Position numbers and translations under genes: made by a program. A model generated the notes under the pieces. It saw only the letters and a list, made by a program, of their open reading frames with translations. It had not been told where the DNA came from and did not search any database. A stretch of 64,000 bases of DNA from Glaucostegus cemiculus (lineage: Eukaryota): the NCBI GenBank assembly GCA_976551045.1, contig CDPCPM010000106.1, forward strand, positions 16,802,001-16,866,000, given 5' to 3'. This document shows, piece by piece, positions 61,311 to 64,000 of the stretch (its first letter is position 1; each line of letters opens with the position of its first letter).

Positions 61311-63529
61311 TTGATTTTCACTCATAATGGGGAAGTTGTTCTGACAGCCAACATTAACCTTCCTCTGTTCAACTTGCCCTGCCAGGAACATGGACCTGAA
61401 GTCAGAATCGCCCTTTAACTCTGTCATGTAGGTTGCATCCAGTTTTTCTGGAATCCTTCATAATTAGGACCTGTTAAAGTTTGAAGATGTACAGCATTTA
61501 TTATTGCACCACATCCTAGCACAAGGCTACATGTTTATATTCAACCAGGACTCCAAACCTCACACTACAAGTGCAAACAGCAGCTTTGGGGAATTACATT
61601 CAGAACTGCCAATCTAATTCAGGATGGGACTTTGCTGCAGTTCCTAACTACTCTGCAGGAAGGTATATAAAGTTGCTAAGGTAGACCAACTACTCATTGC
61701 ATTTTAAAACATAATGTGAAGTTCAAATTGCAGAAATTAATTGTTGCACAAGTTTATTCTGCCTCATTTGTTTCTGAAAAGCCAAAGGTATAAACTGATA
61801 ATATCATACTGACTGAAAGAGTTATGGGCTACTATTGTACTCTTAGCTCACAATAGTTCATGGTAACTGGCAGAAGGATCACTGAAAATAGGATAGGGGG
61901 CCCAGTGGTCTCCAACTGGAGGCTCATCACCCAACTCATGTACTGCGTGAAATGGAATCAGGGCCAAGTGTCAAGACGTCTGTGATCTGAAGGCATTGAT
62001 TTAGAGATATTTGGATCTGTGCTCTGGACTGCCAGCAATAAAATTATTAATGCACTATAAGGAGCGCAGATATTTGGGAACACTTTAAATAGACAGGGTT
62101 CATTAGCTTCAGTGCAAAATACTCCTTGTTTTATTGAGAGTTAAAAATGAGGGCCATGGGTCGAGATCTTTTGACCCAATTTCTGTTGGTAAGTAGTTTA
62201 TGGGCTGCCCGTATGTTGACAATATCATCGTATGTGCAAAATATGAAGAGAAAAGACACCCGGGTTAGGTTGGATCATGACAGCAAGTGTTCCAGTTTTC
62301 CATTGGGTAGCACTTCAACAGGAAATAGGGGCAAAGACTTCAAAACATGAGCAAAATATATAATTTTTGTGAATCTGATTTACGCTCGAGAAGATAGGCA
62401 CAGATTGTCCATCTTTTAGGCAGCAGTGTCTACCAATATTCTCTATGTCTTCTGCAATTGAATGATTGGCTGCATGGTGAATGCTAGGAAAAATACCACC
62501 CCTTAGTTTGCTCAGTTTTCTTTTGTGTATAGTTTGGCATTTATTGCTTCTGTCACATTGAAAAAGGAGACTTGTTTTGTTTTCAAGACAGCCATCTTCC
62601 CAATTGCCAAAGAGTTAGTAAACTTTATGGTAGCCTGGACATTGCATCAGAGTTGGTGAAGGGAAAGGAGTTTGGCTTCATCTTGTAGACCAGAATACTT
62701 TCAACAACTTTCCTAAGTACATACTTTGGCACTCATTAGATATATCATGTCCGAGATAAATGGATTTCAGAAATTGTATGAAATTGATTCCTTGTTTGAA
62801 AGCTTGCCAAGTCCTTAGAATTTGATCTCACCTTTGACCCCCACTTCATTAAAGTTAGAGAACATCAGCATCTCCGCAGGACACTACAGAGCTATTCCTA
62901 AAACCAAGCTGACGTGTGTGTATGCATGTATAATCCCTACAATCTTGCACTGAAAAGATTAACATTTCTGCTAATGTTGCAAAGTGAATTGCAGACCATT
63001 ACTGATCTACTAACACCATCGGAAACAATACAATTGCAGCTGGATTAACACGTCTGTGCAGTGCTTTGTTTCACTCAATTGTGTTTCTCTGATGTTGTTG
63101 GAACACTGCAGCATCAGCCGTTATATGTTTTCTTGCCACAAAATGAAATGCTGTGACACATACCAGGCCAAAACCACAGCCAATCCAATAGATATTTTGA
63201 TTAAAAAAATAAAGGCTTACCACAATTTATAGTCCAGGAGGATTTTTTCTTCTCTTTCCAAAGTCAACACTTCCTGTAAACTGCATTATTGTTCTGAAAC
63301 TGAATTCCATTCATTGTAAACTTTAATGGGCACTGAATATGCAGAGTACTTCGGTGAGATTCTTAACTCTTCATCTGCCAGTGATCCAAATTTCCCACCA
63401 AAGCTTCTCATGGGAATGGGATAGTTGAAAATGTTATGAAAGGCAGGTTGTACATGCATTATTTTTTTCTACATATCAATTGGCTCCACAGGTCTGAAGG
63501 TAAATTTACCCTCTCTGATGGTGACAAAC

Positions 63530-63690
63530 CCTGCTGGAAACACTCAGCAGCTCAAACAGTCAACATAACCCTTTGCCAGTACTGAGAAAGAAACAAAAGT
63601 AAATTTGTTTTCAGTAGCAGAGAAGGCATGGATAGAACAAAGGGAATGTCTCAGATAGGGTGAGACCAAGGGGTTTAATGGGGGCAGTTA
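63530..63690 (-). mobile_element. Penelope 3' UTR/pseudo-LTR remnant
   Basis: 'tgctggaaacactcagcagctcaaacag..gatagaacaaagggaatgtctcagataggg'. Confidence 0.5.
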
Positions 63691-64000
63691 CCAACACATT
63701 AAGTTTCTTCATCTGCACAAGGTGTTATAAATGGTGAGACTGCGGGACATGGCCGGTAGGCCAGGCTCTGGGGATAGAATTAGAAAAATTGAGCCACAGT
63801 GAAACGGCCATTTTGATACATACTTTTCTCTCTTTCTGCCTCTCTGTCTCTTGCACTCTCTTGCTGACTCTGTATCATAACTGGCCATTTATGTTTTCAA
63901 TATATTAACTCAGTCTTTCTTATTCTATTTGTCTGGTTAGCTGGAGGGCATATCCCACAGACTTGCCATTGACAACACATTACATATTGGCCCATTGAGC

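Noticed and set aside
1-64000. Most of the 60-170 aa ORFs in the supplied track as genes
   Set aside because: They are antisense or off-frame readings of CR1, SINE or Penelope relics, or of chance length, without domains or consistent splice structure

Overview
AT-rich, CpG-depleted vertebrate genomic DNA. The repeat content (HE1-like V-SINEs, Deu-core SINEs, several CR1 subfamilies, Rex1/Babar, RTE, L2, Penelope-like elements) points to a cartilaginous fish, probably a ray; that taxon call is inference. I could not identify any host protein-coding gene, rRNA, tRNA gene or CRISPR array, so the window reads as intergenic or intronic and rich in transposon relics. The only long ORF is a near-intact CR1 ORF2 (40013-42300, minus strand, one frameshift) inside a multi-layer nest of retroelements. 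The most notable observations are: (1) many Penelope pseudo-LTR copies carrying hammerhead-ribozyme-like cores with recurring non-canonical substitutions, arranged in tandem and as inverted hairpin pairs; (2) one V-SINE head/core joined to two different LINE-like tails (CR1-like and Rex1-like); (3) four heavily decayed Harbinger/HARBI1-like transposase fossils; (4) two CpG-retaining non-repeat regions near 59 kb and 62 kb. All family calls come from by-eye motif recognition, not database searches, and boundaries of old relics are approximate. I cannot claim a wholly new biological system here.
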